Of a stretch of 64,000 nucleotides of DNA, positions 60,801 to 64,000 are shown piece after piece. The notes under the pieces are model-generated. The model was not told the DNA's origin, did not search any database, and saw only the letters and a program-made list of their open reading frames with translations. Numbering within the stretch: the first letter of the stretch is position 1; each line of letters starts with the position of its first letter. Location: assembly GCA_036172245.1 (NCBI GenBank), contig JAYWIR010000040.1, positions 1,426,001-1,490,000 on the forward strand. The letters run 5' to 3'. The stretch is from Raillietiella orientalis (Eukaryota). The position numbers and the translations under genes were made by a program.

Positions 60801-63800
60801 TTTTTGTTTATTTTCGTTTTGCTTCACTCCAGCCAGAGGATGTGGAAAAAGGAAAGGGGGAGGGGAGGTGACATTTCTCCAACACCAGGCGAAATTCGCC
60901 GAGTGGTGTGGAATCTTACGTTGTCCTCGGCAAGTTGTTCCAGAAAACGATTTGCAAAACTACTGTAATAATAATAATAATAATTAGATTTTGATTTTCC
61001 AGTTGACCCATTCATTCATCCGTTGATCCCAGTTTGATTCCCGAGTTTCCTTACTATCGCACGTCCAAGCACGCATTTTCCTTACCCATAGTATCGGCGC
61101 TGTAATTTAGTTTCCTGTACGACTTAATATTGAATGCACCAATCAGATAGCGATACCAGTTGCCATGACAGATCTAGCGTGAGGAGAACAAGGAACAACC
61201 AGTACAACGGCAGAATGTGAACATGGTGACGGTTGCCAGTGGAAATAGGTGAACTTTTTCGACAGTGAGCATTCTGATTGTCCTTCCACTTGTAGAAAAA
61301 GGGAAAAAAAGGAAAAAAAAAAAAAAAAAGGAAAAGAAAGGAAAAAAGAAAAAAGTTCGCAAGTTGTGTGGTGAATGTAAAATCGCAACACGCGTACGGC
61401 ATTAGCGTAAATAGTAATGTGCATAGTGTAGGCCGTGTGTTTGCCTCTCTCGAAAGTGTAGTTTCCATTTTGAAACACTCATGTGTTTTTTGAGTCACGT
61501 ATCCAGTGGTGCGAGCATTGAGTTGTTTGCGAATTTGATGATGTCATTTGCTTTTCAATTGAATTTCGTTCGTAGGTGCTAACATTTACGTCTGTGGACA
61601 CATAATGGTGCAGTATAACGTATAACTGGGGAAGGAAGGAAGAAAAAAAAAAAAGAAAGGTACGAAAAAAATAAAAATAAAAATGTTTCCGCATGTGAGC
61701 CGAAGTGCAAGAGTCGTGTTGTGAAGTGAATGTCACGGGTGTACGTAACGAGGCTGCCCGTGTACATGCTGGCGACCAGGTATCGGAACACCCAGTCGCT
61801 GTGTTCGAAAATAGGGGAGCCTGTGGCTGCCACTTCCCCAGTTTTCGTTCCTTTTTGCACATCCCTCGAAAAAGTTTAAAAATAAATCAGAATTTCATTC
61901 GTTGAGGGCGTTTGTGTGTGGTGGTGGTGGTGGATGCTGCGGTTCTTGTGGTGTTTGCCTGGAAGGGTGCCTCTCGAGTATCCCGTGCCTGCCAATTATG
62001 ATGGAATTGTAATACAAAATTGTACTCTCTCGGATTTCTGTACCCGACTGCATACGAAACCCGTGATCGTTTTCCTCCATGTTGCATGTTACAAGTCACA
62101 GTTGGCACCCTTGTTCGTTTGCATGTGTACACGAAAGTACATCCACGTACGTAGAAAAAAAAAGAAAAAAAGAGAGAGAGAGAGAGAGAAAAAAAAAAAC
62201 AGGGTTCGTCTTTGTTTAGCATCATTTGCATAAGCTGGATGGGAAATTATGAAATTCTTGTACGCTGCCTACCGAGCTCGGGTAATGAGTACACTCGATT
62301 AATGCGATTTCCCAGCATTCCGCCCAAGTGAGAATACAGTTGAGATCAAAGCTGCTTGTATTTTCCATTCGTTTCGAATTACGAATCACCCTGGGCGAAA
62401 ACGTCGGTGTGTGTTTGGTTCGTGTCCAGAAGTGGTGGTGGTGGTGGTGGCGGCGGCGTGGGTGTGATCCGAGTGACCGCTGCGTGCACGGCAAAGCGGA
62501 ACTCCCATTGCATTTCTCTTCACGACCACAAGGCCTGTTTTTGTATTGATCAGTGTCCATTAATGTTTATTACCTCTATATTGATCATTTTTCATTTTGG
62601 AACACGTCCAAGTACGCTTTCATTTCTCTGCTGTGGCAGGAGAAGAAGAAAAAAAAAAAAACGCCACCACCACCACCATTACCACCACCACGGTCAGGCC
62701 GCTGTTACGCGGCAAGGAATTCACTTTGAGGAATTTCGGTGTGGTAACCGCGGTTTCCGGGTTTTGTCACGCAAAACGGTTGCTTTTCTCGGGTTCGGTT
62801 CGCAGGGGAATGTGGAACTTGGTCAGGCTGGTTCGAACCGTGTCCTGGACACGGGTCGTCCTACAGGGATTCTTCCTACAGGGGAAACCTCGCCTCCGCC
62901 TGGGATTGCATTTCAGACTGGACGAGTTCAGGGAATGGGTCCCTTTTGCTTTTGCTTCTTTCATGCCGAAAGTAGGAGGACCCGATCCCTTTCGACGCCA
63001 ACTGCTTTAATAGGTTCCTTCCCCTCCCCCCCCCCCTTCTCCTCCTCCTCCCAGAATTTTCTCTTTCCATAAACTTTGATTACGTTGGTATGAAGAAGGC
63101 AGCTGTATTATCAAATGTAAATACTGCAGCTGCACTTTGTTCTTTAACGATTCGGAAATTGAACAAAGGAAAATATTTATGAAGATAATAATAACTAACA
63201 GCGCTGGTAATGGTAGCGTTCGTTTCGTTCCGATTGCGTGCTCCGGGCATCCTGTAGCTCCGTGGACCACGGCTGTCTGTCGTAGGTTTGACGCACAGCC
63301 GTTGCTAGGGTCGGTTCCTCCTGGGTGATAGCAGCAAAAGTGCTCAGCCCACTCTCACGTCGAAGACGGACGGAATGCTTCCGAATTGGGATGATGGCTG
63401 CACCTGCGGTTGCTGATGATCTCGCTAGGCATTCAGTTCATTCTGAAACGGTCCCCCCGGGTGCTTCGGCTGACCAAGGTGTGTTATTAAGTGCCCGGTC
63501 CCCCGTCGTATTTCGCTGGGAACCCACCGGAGAATCGGCAGGTCGTCAACGAAAGTTTCCCGGATGTGTGCCGCGGAGGACACCTACCACACCACCAGGT
63601 GGCACGCGGATCCTGCCTCCTGCCTCGTGAATATCTGGTGAACTGCCTTGCAGATCTCTCTCTCTTTTGAGGGACGTGCGTGCGCTTTGCCCGTTGCTTT
63701 GCGCTCCCCCAAACCCCAAAGTCCTGTAAACAGTCCCGAACGTCGGTCCAGCATTTTTCCACGGCCCCGGTAGCAGCGCATCTTCTTGTCTAGCGGGGAT

Positions 63801-64000
63801 TACATTTTTGTTTGTGTATTTATTTTTTTGCGATGTCCTCCTCGTTTTCTTATTTATTTGCTCCTGCTTACTGTGTGTTTCGTGTTTTTCCCTCGCTGGC
63901 CGAGCGCGGATCGAAAACGGGGGCGGGGGGGGGGGAGGGCCTGGATGGTGTTTCCCTGCCGTGTGTTCCCGTAGCCGTCCACTTTCGGCGAGTGGACGCC

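Noticed and set aside
62760..62815. LSRKTVAFLGFGSQG, resembling the NADPH-binding motif of ketol-acid reductoisomerase (IlvC)
   Set aside because: Similarity stops at once (no HA.ALNLRDSG continuation), and the ORF runs through homopolymer and trinucleotide tracts. Likely chance.
61000..64000. Possible gene in the right-hand 3 kb
   Set aside because: No frame with recognisable protein motifs or a consistent exon chain. It is rich in simple repeats and may be UTR or intron of a gene outside the window.

Overview
Eukaryotic, most likely invertebrate metazoan, genomic DNA; the organism cannot be identified from sequence alone. Most long ORFs in the six-frame track are chance ORFs in GC-rich DNA, and the real genes are spliced. 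An AT-rich central block (about 28-45 kb) carries two intact, convergent housekeeping genes with mostly 38-50 nt introns: sphingosine-1-phosphate lyase (+, 10 exons, about 560 aa) and the mitochondrial dicarboxylate carrier (-, 7 exons, 286 aa). The GC-rich left arm (1-18 kb) hides two tandem paralogous spliced genes that the ORF track does not reveal. They share exon boundaries, phase-0 introns and motifs, with about 30% identity in the best exon. Exon sizes and phases, amphipathic helical pattern and a LIF-like helix-B motif suggest long-chain four-helix (IL-6/LIF/G-CSF/Upd-type) cytokines. This is the most interesting inference and needs structure or profile confirmation. An isolated PIG-A gene fragment lies between the two paralogs. 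The rest is a mosaic of decayed non-LTR retrotransposons (L1/Tx1-like, R2/NeSL-like, CR1/L2-like), a possible Tc1 remnant, an unclassified repeated element, tandem repeats and a possible death-domain exon. No CRISPR, rRNA or tRNA was recognised.
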